Source of the DNA: Candidatus Omnitrophota bacterium
GTDB taxonomy: Bacteria > Omnitrophota > Omnitrophia > Omnitrophales > Aquincolibacteriaceae
NCBI GenBank assembly: GCA_903856085.1
Contig: CAIOAT010000028.1
Location: 2,676 to 66,675 of the forward strand
DNA length: 64,000 nt
Reading direction: 5' to 3'
Position 1 is the stretch's first letter. The number at the start of each line of letters is the position of its first letter. The notes under the pieces were generated by a model, which ran no database searches, was not told the DNA's origin, and was given only the letters and a program-made list of their open reading frames with translations. This document shows positions 18,559 to 28,845 of this stretch, piece by piece. Both the position numbers and the translations under genes were made by a program.

Positions 18559-20150
18559 AAGATGAAACTATGAATAGTGATAAAAAAAGATTCTCCGGCG
18601 GGCTGCAACGCGAGACTCAGGAGCTCGGGGTGCTCTATGAGATTACCCGACATATGAGTGCGCCGGTCCCACTTGAAGACCGGATGAGAAAAGTGTTAGA
18701 TGTTCTTCATGAAAAAATGGGCATGCACCGTGGGACTTTGACCCTCGTTGATGCAGACAGTGAAAGCCTCACGATCGAGATCGCCCACGGTCTTGATGAC
18801 CAGGCAAAGAAGAAAGGCCGATATAAAATCGGCGAGGGGATCACGGGCAAGGTCGTGGAGGCGGGAGAGCCTATTGCGGTCCCTAACATCGGAGAAGAGC
18901 CTCTTTTTCTCAATCGCACCGGTGCGCGGAAGGATTTCCGCCGTAACCGTATCGCGTTCATCTGCGTTCCCATCAAGATCGATCAGGAGACCATCGGCGC
19001 TTTGAGCGTAGATCGGCTTTTCGAAGGGAATGTTTCGCTGGATGAGGACCTGAGACTCTTGACCATCATCAGCTTCATCATTGCGCAAGCCGTCGCGAAC
19101 TATCGGCTCCGCGAAAAAGAAAAAGTGAAGCTTCAGTTCGAGAATGTTGAGTTGAAGCGCGAGCTTGCCAAAAAATTCCATCCGACTAATGTGATCGGTA
19201 AAAGCAAACGCATGGAAGAAGTTTATGAGGCCATTGAAATGGTAAGTCAGACGCGCTCGACCGTGCTCCTGCGGGGCGAAACGGGAACCGGGAAAGAGCT
19301 TGTGGCACATGCGATCCATTACGGGAGTTTTCGCTCGAAGGGACCGTTTGTGAAAGTGTCCTGCGCTGCGTTGCCGGAGACGCTTCTTGAGAGCGAGCTT
19401 TTTGGGTATGAAAAGGGTGCCTTTACGGGAGCCTTGGCTAAAAAGTTAGGGCGTTTTGAGATGGCAGACGGCGGAACGTTGTTTCTCGATGAGATCGGTG
19501 ATATCTCAGCGTCGATGCAAGTCAAGCTTTTGCGGGCGCTCCAGGAGAGAGAATTCGAACGCGTGGGCGGAACCCAAACAGTTCGTGTGGACGTCCGTGT
19601 GATTGCTGCGACGAACCGTGATCTTGAAAAGGCGATGCAGGAAAAAAAGTTCCGGGAAGACCTCTACTACCGGCTTAACGTGGTGCCGATACTCCTTCCA
19701 CCCTTGAGGGAAAGGAGGGAAGATATCCCCCTCTTGGTTGCGCATTTTTTGAAACAAACGAGTCTCGAGAGCAATAAAAAAGCTCGTTATGTTTCCGATG
19801 AGGCCATGGCTTATCTGATGAACTACTATTGGCCCGGGAATATCCGGGAACTGCAGAATGCTATCGAGCGAGCCGTCATTCTTTGTAAAACGGATACCCT
19901 TGAGGCGGACCTTTTTCCAATTCCCGGAGAAAAAGGACACCCCGCGGCGATTCATTTTAAACCTGTGCGGGTTGCCGATGCACCCCCTGGAGAAAACAGC
20001 TCATTGGCTTCGGCGGTCGAAATTCTTGAAAAGAGTCTGATTCAGGAGGCTCTTCGTTCTCAGGGGGGGAACCAGCGCAAGGCGGCTAAGGTTCTTGGCG
20101 TGACGGAGCGCATTCTGGGGTATAAAATCAAGAACTACGGGCTGAAGTAA
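18555..20150 (+). CDS. sigma-54-dependent transcriptional activator with N-terminal GAF domain (NifA-like) and C-terminal Fis-type HTH
   Basis: GAF region ([24 protein letters not shown]). AAA+ Walker [15 protein letters not shown] motif, [16 protein letters not shown]-terminal [28 protein letters not shown]. Confidence 0.85.
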   Translation: MKDETMNSDKKRFSGGLQRETQELGVLYEITRHMSAPVPLEDRMRKVLDVLHEKMGMHRGTLTLVDADSESLTIEIAHGLDDQAKKKGRYKIGEGITGKVVEAGEPIAVPNIGEEPLFLNRTGARKDFRRNRIAFICVPIKIDQETIGALSVDRLFEGNVSLDEDLRLLTIISFIIAQAVANYRLREKEKVKLQFENVELKRELAKKFHPTNVIGKSKRMEEVYEAIEMVSQTRSTVLLRGETGTGKELVAHAIHYGSFRSKGPFVKVSCAALPETLLESELFGYEKGAFTGALAKKLGRFEMADGGTLFLDEIGDISASMQVKLLRALQEREFERVGGTQTVRVDVRVIAATNRDLEKAMQEKKFREDLYYRLNVVPILLPPLRERREDIPLLVAHFLKQTSLESNKKARYVSDEAMAYLMNYYWPGNIRELQNAIERAVILCKTDTLEADLFPIPGEKGHPAAIHFKPVRVADAPPGENSSLASAVEILEKSLIQEALRSQGGNQRKAAKVLGVTERILGYKIKNYGLK

Positions 20151-20250
20151 GCGATTCGACAAAAATGTAGGCAGTTGCTCTTAGGAAACAATTTTGTAGC
20201 TTTACCTTAGGGCCTAAAGGAAGTTTCCCTCAGGTAAAGAGTTTTTGACT

Positions 20251-20266
20251 TGGCACAAAATTTGCA
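20251..20266 (+). promoter_or_regulatory. sigma-54 promoter (-24 TGGCAC / -12 TTGCA) for glnN
   Basis: Exact TGGCAC-N5-TTGCA about 85 nt upstream of the ATG at 20351. Confidence 0.6.
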
Positions 20267-20350
20267 TCTAAGGTGTTGTAGGCCCTATCCTCGCCTTAAT
20301 AAGAAGGGCTAGATTTTAAGAATTTTCAATCCAAAAAAAAGGGAGGTTTT

Positions 20351-22492
20351 ATGTGCGGCGATAACGCTTGTCAGTGCGGTTGTAAAAAAGTGGATGTGAC
20401 GAAGATCTTTGGAAGCAATGTTTTTAATGACAGGACCATGAGAGAACGCCTCCCGAAGGAAACCTACAAGGCCCTCAAGAAAACGATCCAGCAAGGGCTT
20501 CCGCTTTCTCCCGAGGTGGCCAACGTTGTTGCAAACGCGATGAAGGATTGGGCTATCGAAAAAGGCGCGACGCATTATACCCACTGGTTTCAGCCACTCA
20601 CGGGACGGACTGCGGAAAAACATGACTCTTTTATTTCTCCGACTGACGATGGCAGCGTGATCATGGAGTTCTCCGGGAAACAATTGGCCCAGGGCGAACC
20701 GGATGCGTCGTCATTTCCGAGCGGTGGTCTTCGTTCTACCTTTGAAGCGCGGGGTTATACGGCGTGGGATTGCACCTCTCCCGCATTCCTCAAGGAGGAT
20801 GCTTCGGGGAATGTAACGCTCGCTATTCCGACGGCGTTCTGCTCTTATACAAGTGAAGCGCTTGACAAGAAAACGCCACTTCTCCGTTCCATGGAAGCGG
20901 TTTCTCGACAGGCTGTTCGCGTGCTAAAAGCGCTTGGCAACAAGACTGCAAAACGTGTGACTGCGACGGTGGGTCCTGAGCAGGAATACTTCCTGATCGA
21001 TAAGACCTGCTATGAAAAGCGCCTCGACTTGATCGTTTCCGGGAGAACGCTTTTTGGTGCTGCGTCGCCCAAGGGGCAGGAGCTTGAGGATCAGTACTTC
21101 GGCGCAATCAAAGACCGGATTGCCGACTTTATGAGGGATCTGGATATCGAGCTCTGGAAGATGGGGGTCTCTTCCAAGACTAAACACAACGAAGTGGCAC
21201 CTGCGCAGTATGAAATGGCACCGATCTTCTCCACGACCAACATTGCGGCGGACCACAACCAGCTTGTGATGGAGACCATGCAGAAAGTGGCGCTCCGCCA
21301 TGATCTCGTGTGCCTTCTTCATGAGAAACCGTTCGCGGGTGTGAATGGTTCTGGCAAGCATAATAACTGGTCACTTTCGACCGATGACGGGCAGAATCTT
21401 CTGGAACCGGGGAAGACCCCTTCCGAGAACGAGCAGTTCCTGATCTTTGTGAGCGCCCTTCTCATGGCCGTGGATCGTCATGCAGACAAACTTCGGGCAA
21501 GTTGCGGCAATCCTGGCAACGATCTTCGCCTTGGCGCAAATGAAGCACCTCCGGCCATCATCTCCGTATTTATGGGCGATGAGTTTACCGAGATCTTGGA
21601 AGGTATCGCTAAAGGTAAAAAAGTCGAATCCCGAGGCCAGAGCTTTCTTCATATCGGGGTCGATGCTTTACCGCCTCTTCCCAAGGACAATACCGATCGT
21701 AACCGTACCTCGCCTTTCGCGTTTACGGGCAACAAATTCGAGTTCCGCATGGTCGGCTCTTCAGCCTCCATTTCCGGTCCGAATATTGTAATCAATACTA
21801 TTGTTGCGGAAGCGCTTGACGAGATCGCAACGCGTCTTGAGAAAGCCGGTAAAAATGGCCTTAACAAGGAAGCGGGTGCGATCGTTCGTGACGCCGTGAA
21901 AAAACATGGGCGCATTATTTTTAACGGGAACAATTACTCGGACGAGTGGGTTGCGGAAGCCAAGAAACGCGGTCTGCCGAACATCAAGACCGGTATCGAT
22001 GCTCTGGCCACCATGGCAACGCCTCAAGCGGAAAAGCTCTTTGATAAGTATCAGGTCTTGAGTCCCAAAGAGCTCCATTCTCGCTACGAAATCTATCTGG
22101 AGACTTATGTGAAGCATGTGAATATCGAGGCACAGGCGTCCGTCCAGATGGTCAAGCGGCTCTTCATTCCTGCGGGCATGAAGTTCGCGGCCGAGCTTGC
22201 AGGAGCTATTGGCGTTCTGAAAGCCGCTTCGGCGCCGGCTACGGTTCAAAAAGAATTACTCTCCACTGTGAGCGGTCTTTTGTCGGGGGCGTCGGAAAAA
22301 CTCGCGGTACTTGAAACGGCGATTGAAAAGGCGCATCACTTGGCCGATGTGGTCAAACGTGCCGAAGCGTTTCGTGACAAAGTGGTCGTGGCGATGAACG
22401 CTCTTCGCAAGGATATCGATGCTCTTGAGGGTGTGACTGCCACGGAGTACTGGCCTGTGCCCACCTACGCAGAAATGCTTTTTAAGCTTTAG
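20351..22492 (+). CDS. glnN: glutamine synthetase type III (GlnN)
   Basis: 713 aa. N-terminal [22 protein letters not shown]...[26 protein letters not shown] is characteristic of GSIII. AGGGAGG SD. Confidence 0.9.
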   Translation: MCGDNACQCGCKKVDVTKIFGSNVFNDRTMRERLPKETYKALKKTIQQGLPLSPEVANVVANAMKDWAIEKGATHYTHWFQPLTGRTAEKHDSFISPTDDGSVIMEFSGKQLAQGEPDASSFPSGGLRSTFEARGYTAWDCTSPAFLKEDASGNVTLAIPTAFCSYTSEALDKKTPLLRSMEAVSRQAVRVLKALGNKTAKRVTATVGPEQEYFLIDKTCYEKRLDLIVSGRTLFGAASPKGQELEDQYFGAIKDRIADFMRDLDIELWKMGVSSKTKHNEVAPAQYEMAPIFSTTNIAADHNQLVMETMQKVALRHDLVCLLHEKPFAGVNGSGKHNNWSLSTDDGQNLLEPGKTPSENEQFLIFVSALLMAVDRHADKLRASCGNPGNDLRLGANEAPPAIISVFMGDEFTEILEGIAKGKKVESRGQSFLHIGVDALPPLPKDNTDRNRTSPFAFTGNKFEFRMVGSSASISGPNIVINTIVAEALDEIATRLEKAGKNGLNKEAGAIVRDAVKKHGRIIFNGNNYSDEWVAEAKKRGLPNIKTGIDALATMATPQAEKLFDKYQVLSPKELHSRYEIYLETYVKHVNIEAQASVQMVKRLFIPAGMKFAAELAGAIGVLKAASAPATVQKELLSTVSGLLSGASEKLAVLETAIEKAHHLADVVKRAEAFRDKVVVAMNALRKDIDALEGVTATEYWPVPTYAEMLFKL

Positions 22493-22516
22493 AATACCGT
22501 AGTCTTGAAATAGGGT

Positions 22517-22568
22517 AAGGCGGCTCTGATTATTTGATAGTTTAATTAAAGGTAATCAGAGTCGCCTT
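22517..22568 (+). other. 16-bp-stem hairpin (AAGGCGGCTCTGATTA ... TAATCAGAGTCGCCTT) directly after glnN
   Basis: Seen in sequence. No T-run follows. Confidence 0.5.
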
Positions 22569-22601
22569 GCCAACCCTCAGATTTATGATAAGGGCAAGGC
22601 A

Positions 22602-22641
22602 GGCGGGCTTCCTCAACCCCTGAGGAGCTCGCCTTTTTTTT
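22602..22641 (+). terminator. rho-independent terminator of glnN
   Basis: GGCGGGCTTCCTCA-acccc-TGAGGAGCTCGCC stem followed by T8. Confidence 0.65.
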
Positions 22642-22711
22642 GGATTATCATCGTAAGGCTTTTCTTCCTCTCTAGTCCTTTTTTCAAATAATTCGTTGAG
22701 TTTTTCTAAGT

Positions 22712-22726
22712 TGGCACGCCTTTTGC
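22712..22726 (+). promoter_or_regulatory. sigma-54 promoter for amt-glnK pair 1
   Basis: Exact TGGCAC-N5-TTGCT about 105 nt upstream of the ATG at 22831. Confidence 0.6.
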
Positions 22727-22830
22727 TTACTCTATAAGTGTGCGTGAATACAACGGGTTTTTTATTGCATCGAAAATACAAAAATGTGCAACAAATCTGT
22801 AAGTTTCGACTTTTAAAGGAGGATGAAACG

Positions 22831-24159
22831 ATGCGAAAATTAAGAGTGTGGTTCTTGGGGGCGACAGGGTTTCTGGCGCTTATGGGAGTTTCGAAACTGG
22901 CGCTGGCCGCGGGGACAGTCGCTCCGGTCATTAATACCGGGGACACGGCCTGGGTATTGATTTCCGCTGGGCTTGTATTCTTAATGACACCGGGCCTGGC
23001 GTTCTTCTACGGGGGGTTGGTCCGGAAAAAGAACATGCTTTCTGTCCTTATGCAATGTTTTATGCTCATGTGCATCATCACGCTTCAGTGGGTGATGTTT
23101 GGCTACAGCCTTTCGTTCGGGCCGGATATAAAGGGGATTATCGGAAACTTGAGCTGGGCAGGACTTCACGGAGTCGGGATAACACCTTTCGCGGATTATT
23201 CAGCGACTGTTCCGCATCAGGCTTTTATGATCTATCAAGCGATGTTCGCCATCATCACCCCAGGCTTGATCCTGGGTGCTTTCGCGGAAAGGATGAAATT
23301 TTCCGCGTTTGTGGTCTTCTCGCTTCTTTGGGCCACATTCGTTTATGATCCAGTTTGCCACTGGGTATGGGGGGTGGGTGGTTTCCTGAGAAACTCAGGA
23401 GCTTTAGATTTTGCAGGCGGTACGGTGGTTCATATTAATGCGGGTGTTGCGGCTTTAGTCTGTGCGATCGTGCTGGGCAAAAGAAAAGGGTACCCTAGCC
23501 ATATGTCGCCTCCGCACAATCTCCCGTTCGCGGTGCTTGGCGCGGGACTTTTGTGGTTCGGTTGGTTCGGATTTAACGGGGGAAGTGCTTTGGGCGCTAA
23601 TGGCTTGGCCACCAGCGCGCTTGTGGTGACGCATGTCGCCGCTGCCGCTGCAGGCCTGACCTGGTCCCTGTTGGAATGGAAGATCAGCTCCAAGCCTACC
23701 ATGCTCGGAATGATCACGGGTGCTGTCGCCGGCCTTGTCGCCATTACGCCTGCAGCAGGATTCGTGGGTCCCATGGACGCCATTTGGATCGGTGTTGGAG
23801 TTTCAGTGATCTGCTATTTCTTTGTGGCTGTGGTCAAAGCCAAGTTTGGCTATGACGATTCACTGGACGCTTTTGGCGTGCACGGTGTTGGCGGAATCTG
23901 GGGGGCTTTGGCCACGGGTCTTTGGGCCACGAAAGCTGTCAATCCTGCCGGGAATAACGGGCTCTTCTACGGGAACCCCGGACTTTTTCTGATCCAGCTA
24001 AAAGCTGTGGTCATTACCATTGTCTATTCATTCATCGTTTCATTCGTTCTTCTGAAGATCGTGGATTTGGTGATAGGTCTACGCGTTTCAGAGGATGAAG
24101 AACGTATCGGGCTTGATCTCACGCAGCATCGTGAGTCTGGCTACACCATGCTGGATTAA
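22831..24159 (+). CDS. amt: ammonium transporter Amt/AmtB (copy 1)
   Basis: Signal peptide, then DTAWVLISAGLVFLMTPGLAFFYGG, Amt twin-His region, and C-terminal GLDLTQHRESGYTMLD. AAAGGAGG SD. The track's 22738 start is rejected. Confidence 0.9.
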   Translation: MRKLRVWFLGATGFLALMGVSKLALAAGTVAPVINTGDTAWVLISAGLVFLMTPGLAFFYGGLVRKKNMLSVLMQCFMLMCIITLQWVMFGYSLSFGPDIKGIIGNLSWAGLHGVGITPFADYSATVPHQAFMIYQAMFAIITPGLILGAFAERMKFSAFVVFSLLWATFVYDPVCHWVWGVGGFLRNSGALDFAGGTVVHINAGVAALVCAIVLGKRKGYPSHMSPPHNLPFAVLGAGLLWFGWFGFNGGSALGANGLATSALVVTHVAAAAAGLTWSLLEWKISSKPTMLGMITGAVAGLVAITPAAGFVGPMDAIWIGVGVSVICYFFVAVVKAKFGYDDSLDAFGVHGVGGIWGALATGLWATKAVNPAGNNGLFYGNPGLFLIQLKAVVITIVYSFIVSFVLLKIVDLVIGLRVSEDEERIGLDLTQHRESGYTMLD

Positions 24160-24169
24160 GGAGGAAACC

Positions 24170-24511
24170 ATGCGCTACATCATCGCGATCATTCAACCGG
24201 ATCGGCTAGACGAGGTGCTCCAGATCCTTGAAGAAAAAGAGATCCATCTTGTTACCGTGACCAATGTCCTGGGGCGCGGTCGTCAAAAAGGGATCTCGGA
24301 GGTTTATAGAGGGCACAAGGAAGGTGGCCGGCTCTTGAAAAAAGTCAAACTGGAGATTGCCGTCAATGATGAATATGTGCAGGTTACGATCGACGCGATT
24401 ACCCAGGGTGCTCGGACCAATCACATCGGGGATGGCAAGATCTTCGTCCTCGATCTTAAAGAGTGCTTTCGCATTCGCACGGGTGAGATCGGTAAGATAG
24501 CGATCGGGTGA
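24170..24511 (+). CDS. glnK: nitrogen regulatory protein P-II (GlnK-type, amt-linked), copy 1
   Basis: 113 aa MRYIIAIIQP... with B-loop GRGRQKG, T-loop ...VYRG..., and C-terminal GDGKIFV...IRIRTGE. AAGGAGG SD overlaps the amt stop. Confidence 0.9.
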   Translation: MRYIIAIIQPDRLDEVLQILEEKEIHLVTVTNVLGRGRQKGISEVYRGHKEGGRLLKKVKLEIAVNDEYVQVTIDAITQGARTNHIGDGKIFVLDLKECFRIRTGEIGKIAIG

Positions 24512-24601
24512 TTTTTATACGCATGTGAAAATTGGTTTTAAGAGAGAATTACTTATAAAACAGCATGCTCTGTGCTTCCCAGTTCCTGATTTGCGCAAAC
24601 T

Positions 24602-24617
24602 TGGCACATCTCTTGCA
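24602..24617 (+). promoter_or_regulatory. sigma-54 promoter for amt-glnK pair 2
   Basis: Exact TGGCAC-N5-TTGCA about 130 nt upstream of the ATG at 24749. Confidence 0.6.
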
Positions 24618-24748
24618 GTCTAGTCTATGGCAGCGCGGTTTCTTTTCTGAGCGCAGAATAGAAGGGAATTTTTTTGTCCAAAAGCCTACAAAAATGTATG
24701 ACGAATTCGTCGAAAAGAGGATCTGTCGACAAAAAAGGGGGAGTTCTG

Positions 24749-26077
24749 ATGCGGAAAAAAAGTAAGTATTTTTGGGGGAGTGCAATTTTTTTTATGCTTC
24801 TTGGTGCATCCCAAACAGCCTGGGCTGCAAGTCCCGCAGTTCCGGCGATTAGCGGCGGGGATACCGCATGGGTTCTTATCTCGGCGGCCCTGGTATTCTT
24901 GATGACACCCGGTCTGGCTTTTTTCTATGGTGGGCTTGTTCGCAGGAAGAACATGCTTTCCATCCTGATGCAGTGCTTCATGCTGATATGTATGGTGACG
25001 CTTCAATGGGTCCTTCTCGGCTATAGTTTAGCGTTCGGGCCTGATGTGAAGGGTCTGATCGGTAACTTGAGCTGGGCGGGTCTTCAGGGTGTGAGTCTGG
25101 ATCCATTCGCGGCTTATTCGTCCACGATTCCACACCAGCTTTTTATGATCTATCAAGCGATGTTCGCGATCATTACGCCAGGCCTGATCCTGGGCGCTTT
25201 CGCGGAGCGCATGAAATTTTCTGCGTTCTGTGTTTTTTCAATCCTTTGGGCGACCTTGGTTTATGATCCGGTGGCTCACTGGATGTGGGGTGTCGGCGGT
25301 TTCTTAAGAAATATGGGGGCTCTCGATTTTGCCGGAGGGGTTGTGGTTCACATCAACGCGGGCATTGCCGCTCTTGTCTGCGCCTTGGTCCTTGGAAAAA
25401 GAAAAGGTTATCCTCAGCATATGTCGCCTCCTCACAATCTACCGTTCGCTGTTTTAGGCGCCGGACTTCTTTGGTTTGGTTGGTTCGGATTCAATGGCGG
25501 CAGCGCGCTAGGCGCTAATCGGATCGCTGTCAGCGCTGTGGTTGTTTCTCATATCGCAGGGGCAGCTGCCGGACTGACTTGGGCGCTGCTGGAATGGAAG
25601 TTCAACTCCAAGCCCACCATGCTCGGTATGATCACCGGCGCCGTTGCGGGGCTTGCTACGATCACTCCCGCTGCGGGTTTTGTGGGGCCGATCGCTGCGA
25701 TCTGGATAGGGATTATAGCCTCGGTAGTCTGCTATTTTTGTGTGGCGGTGGTCAAAGCAAAGTCTGGTTATGATGATTCGCTGGATGCTTTCGGCGTGCA
25801 TGGGGTCGGCGGGATCCTGGGGACTTTGGCTACGGGTTTTTGGGCGTCAAAAGTCGTCAATCCTGCCGGCAATAACGGGCTCTTTTACGGGAACCCGGGA
25901 CTCTTTCTGATCCAGTTGAAAGCCGTGGTCATTACCATTGTCTATTCATTTATCGTCTCTTGGGTCCTTCTGAAGATCGTGGATGCCTTCATGGGTCTAC
26001 GCGTTTCTGAGGACGAAGAACGTATCGGGCTTGATCTCACGCAGCATCGTGAGTCTGGCTACACCATGTTGGATTAA
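24749..26077 (+). CDS. amt: ammonium transporter Amt/AmtB (copy 2, about 80% identical to copy 1)
   Basis: Same motifs as copy 1 with a divergent signal peptide. AAGGGGGAG SD. Confidence 0.9.
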   Translation: MRKKSKYFWGSAIFFMLLGASQTAWAASPAVPAISGGDTAWVLISAALVFLMTPGLAFFYGGLVRRKNMLSILMQCFMLICMVTLQWVLLGYSLAFGPDVKGLIGNLSWAGLQGVSLDPFAAYSSTIPHQLFMIYQAMFAIITPGLILGAFAERMKFSAFCVFSILWATLVYDPVAHWMWGVGGFLRNMGALDFAGGVVVHINAGIAALVCALVLGKRKGYPQHMSPPHNLPFAVLGAGLLWFGWFGFNGGSALGANRIAVSAVVVSHIAGAAAGLTWALLEWKFNSKPTMLGMITGAVAGLATITPAAGFVGPIAAIWIGIIASVVCYFCVAVVKAKSGYDDSLDAFGVHGVGGILGTLATGFWASKVVNPAGNNGLFYGNPGLFLIQLKAVVITIVYSFIVSWVLLKIVDAFMGLRVSEDEERIGLDLTQHRESGYTMLD

Positions 26078-26086
26078 GGGGGAACC

Positions 26087-26428
26087 ATGCGATACATCAT
26101 TGCCATTATTCAACCAGATCGTTTGGACGAAGTGCTGCGGATCCTTGAGGAAAAGGAAATTCATCTTGTCACTGTGACCAATGTTCTGGGTCGCGGTCGT
26201 CAAAAAGGGATCTCAGAGGTCTACAGGGGGCATAAGGAAGGCGGCCGGCTTTTGAAAAAAATTAAACTCGAGATCGCCGTTAATGAGGAATTTGTGCAAG
26301 CCACGGTCGATGCGATCATCCAGGGCGCGCGGACCAATCACATCGGGGACGGAAAGATCTTCGTCCTTGATCTCAAAGAGTGCCTTCGTATTCGTACGGG
26401 TGAGACCGGAAAAATAGCGATCGGATAA
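26087..26428 (+). CDS. glnK: nitrogen regulatory protein P-II (GlnK-type), copy 2
   Basis: 113 aa, more than 90% identical to copy 1. Confidence 0.9.
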   Translation: MRYIIAIIQPDRLDEVLRILEEKEIHLVTVTNVLGRGRQKGISEVYRGHKEGGRLLKKIKLEIAVNEEFVQATVDAIIQGARTNHIGDGKIFVLDLKECLRIRTGETGKIAIG

Positions 26429-26460
26429 GATTATGTTGAAAAGATTCTTCCGGCCTCAAA

Positions 26461-26476
26461 ATCACCTCCCCAGGTG
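26461..26476 (+). other. hairpin TCACCT-cccc-AGGTGA after glnK copy 2
   Basis: Perfect 6-bp inverted repeat. No clear T-run. Confidence 0.35.
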
Positions 26477-26620
26477 ATTGGGAAGTTCCCCTTCCGGCCC
26501 TGATTTCATTTCATTGAAAATGAATAAAGTCAGGGCTGTCCAATTAACTCGTTTGCTTGCGGGAAGGTTGGGATGGGGCGGGGGTTTCTTTTGGGCCGTT
26601 CTCTTTTCCGGAATGAATGT

Positions 26621-28342
26621 TTATCCGGTGATGAGGAGATGACGTTTGGAATCAAGCCTACGGGCGAGGCTTTGGAACACATCTTGGCGCATGAGCCTCA
26701 TCAGGCCGCTGCGTTTCGTAGCTCCAATAAGAACCGTTTCAACGTTCAGTTCGTTCGCGGCCATCGCGATCAATTTTCCTGCATCCTCTCCAGCCTGCCA
26801 GACAGGAACTGCGGTAATCCCTTGTTTTTCCATTTCATTCTGGGCGTGTGCCAAGAGTTCAATGGATTCCTTCGAAGGTTCGACCTCTTCCGGGAGTTCC
26901 GTGAAATCGGGCATGGGTTCCACGTAGCTCAGATAGATGGAATTTTCTCCTCTGGCTTTTACCCGGAGAGCCGCTTCATCCAGTAAAACCGGGTTAAATG
27001 TGCGAAGTGCGACCAGGGACGAACTATGGTAAAGCGAAGCGAGTGCTTTGGCCTCGGAAACCGTGAGAACATTAATGTTCGGAATGAAAGCAGAAACCGG
27101 GGCTCCGGCGAAGTGTTTGCCCATGAATCTCAGCGTGAATCCGACGACTAGTACGGACGTGGCAAAGATCAACGCACTCCTTTTTTCATAGGCGATGGTG
27201 ATCTCCACGAAAAAGAGGATAACGGTTGCGAAAAAGAGAAGTGCTCGCTCCCAGGTTTTGAGCAAGATCTTGTAATTCGTTGCGCAGGACCCAAGATTGA
27301 TCGTAATGGCACCCACGACACCGATGGCGTAAAGGGCCGCCAGTCTTACCAAATTATGTTCGATCACTAGTACGAGGGCGGGAACAGCCGCAGCGACGAT
27401 GAGTGCGAGCCATGGCATCCCGAATTTATTGAGCTTTGCAAAAAGGGGCGGCAGTTCGCCGTCTTTGGCCATGAGGAACTGGATATTCACAAGGTCGGTG
27501 ATCGCTGTGTTTACAGCCGAAAGCAGCAGAAAACCGAAAATGATGGAAATAACTTGTCCATACCAGGGTGCAATGTAGTGATTCGCAAGGGCGCGCAGCA
27601 TATCCTCAGTGTGGTTTCCGAGATTTGGGATTGCGTTCATGGCAATGCCCAAAATGAAGGTGAGGACTGACACCTCGATCAATACGGGCCAAATGGCACG
27701 CTTGGAAGTCTTTGCGACCGGTTCCACCATAATGCCGGTCATATTGGCAATGGCCTCAACACCCGAGAGTGCCAGCACGATCCCCACAAAGCTTGCCCAG
27801 TTCTTGAAGAGTCCGCCTGTGGGCAGCGTAAATTGAGCGTGAGAAAGCGAGGGGATCGTGAAGAAGACAAGGGCGAGGACAGACGCCACGGCTGCGATCC
27901 CGATCAGGGAAGCAATATCGCCGCCCTTGGTCGGTCCCATCCAGTTGATAGCGCCGATTGATACGATCGCGCCGATAGCCCAAAGTTCCGGATGGGGCAG
28001 GTTCAAATAATGAAAAGCATCCAACGCGCTGAGCGATGCCGTCACGACATAATCCGCAATTAAGAGGAATGCCCCTAGCATGGCCAGATTCTGGGAACGG
28101 TGTTTGACCGAAGAGTACACACCGCCGCCGTCAGGGTAGATGCGGCAGATGACCATGTAGCAAATGCCGATCAGGGCGGTCAGGCCGGACATTAGCCCGA
28201 GGAAAAGCCAGGAAGCATGTCCGACCAAGGCAAATGCGATACCGAGGACATAGGCCTTGCTTGTGCCCCAGTCGCCATAAAGCATGGCGGCGGCTTGATA
28301 CCATTTGAGTTCACGGGGTCTTTCAACCTTTTTAGCGAACAT
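26621..28342 (-). CDS. APC-superfamily permease fused to a C-terminal universal stress protein (UspA-like) domain
   Basis: About 420-aa 12-TM-like region with APC-like SGVEAIANMTG...KRAI. The C-terminal about 140 aa is USP-like (LNVETVLIGATKRSGLMRLMRQDVFQSLARRLDSKRHLLITG). Confidence 0.7.
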   Translation of the reverse strand: MFAKKVERPRELKWYQAAAMLYGDWGTSKAYVLGIAFALVGHASWLFLGLMSGLTALIGICYMVICRIYPDGGGVYSSVKHRSQNLAMLGAFLLIADYVVTASLSALDAFHYLNLPHPELWAIGAIVSIGAINWMGPTKGGDIASLIGIAAVASVLALVFFTIPSLSHAQFTLPTGGLFKNWASFVGIVLALSGVEAIANMTGIMVEPVAKTSKRAIWPVLIEVSVLTFILGIAMNAIPNLGNHTEDMLRALANHYIAPWYGQVISIIFGFLLLSAVNTAITDLVNIQFLMAKDGELPPLFAKLNKFGMPWLALIVAAAVPALVLVIEHNLVRLAALYAIGVVGAITINLGSCATNYKILLKTWERALLFFATVILFFVEITIAYEKRSALIFATSVLVVGFTLRFMGKHFAGAPVSAFIPNINVLTVSEAKALASLYHSSSLVALRTFNPVLLDEAALRVKARGENSIYLSYVEPMPDFTELPEEVEPSKESIELLAHAQNEMEKQGITAVPVWQAGEDAGKLIAMAANELNVETVLIGATKRSGLMRLMRQDVFQSLARRLDSKRHLLITG

Positions 28343-28484
28343 GGAATCAGCCCCGCGCTTTCAGGGGGAGAGAAAAAAGGGGGATAGTTAGAGAACGGGA
28401 CAAGAAAATAGCCTTCATGAAAAACTCCTCTCTTTCGCCTACGGGGTTAGCTGACGGGCTAAGGTCGAGGATCTTACCTCTTAG

Positions 28485-28500
28485 GGCCTGATTTCAGGCC
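28485..28500. promoter_or_regulatory. perfect 16-bp palindrome GGCCTGATTTCAGGCC in the divergent intergenic region
   Basis: Seen in sequence. The related 10-mer CCTGATTTCA recurs at about 26499 beyond the 3' end of the same APC-USP gene. Confidence 0.4.
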
Positions 28501-28566
28501 GCTAATTAGCCCCTTATGGTTATTGGGTCCCCCGTTCCGCGATCCGCTGCGGACTCGGCATATAAG

Positions 28567-28589
28567 CGAGCGACTATACGCTCTTTTTT
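28567..28589 (+). terminator. intrinsic-terminator-like hairpin GAGCG-actata-CGCTC plus T7 inside the 557-bp intergenic region
   Basis: Seen in sequence. Plus orientation, about 310 nt upstream of the fusion gene. Confidence 0.4.
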
Positions 28590-28830
28590 TGAAAAATCAA
28601 CAGTCCTTACAACAACCTTTGTGGAGGTTTTCTCGGAGCATGGGATGTGTTTAAACTACTCCTTATTCCACGGATGCAATTTTGGTGCCAACACTTTGCT
28701 CCTGTGCGTTCGAGAGCAGTATTCAATAAAGATGCGGTGATATTACAAAAATGAAGATTGGAGACAAAAATGTCAGAATCTTGAAAAGCCCGCAGGATTT
28801 TTAAGGGGTGGATCAATAGGGGAAGCAAGT

Positions 28831-28845
28831 TGGCATGGTAATTGC
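28831..28845 (+). promoter_or_regulatory. sigma-54-type promoter (TGGCAT-N5-TTGCC) for the APC-PII fusion operon
   Basis: GG and GC at the canonical 12-nt spacing, about 55 nt upstream of the ATG at 28900. Confidence 0.5.

Noticed and set aside
22542-22946. 134-aa minus-strand ORF between glnN and amt
   Set aside because: It overlaps both terminator hairpins, the sigma-54 promoter and the amt 5' end. It has no RBS and is spurious.
26573-26986. 137-aa plus-strand ORF and 93-aa ORF overlapping the 3' end of the APC-USP gene
   Set aside because: Antisense to the USP domain coding region, so spurious.
28516-28740. 74-aa ORF in the 557-bp intergenic region
   Set aside because: It contains the terminator-like hairpin internally, has no SD and is of low complexity. 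More likely non-coding, possibly part of an sRNA or leader.
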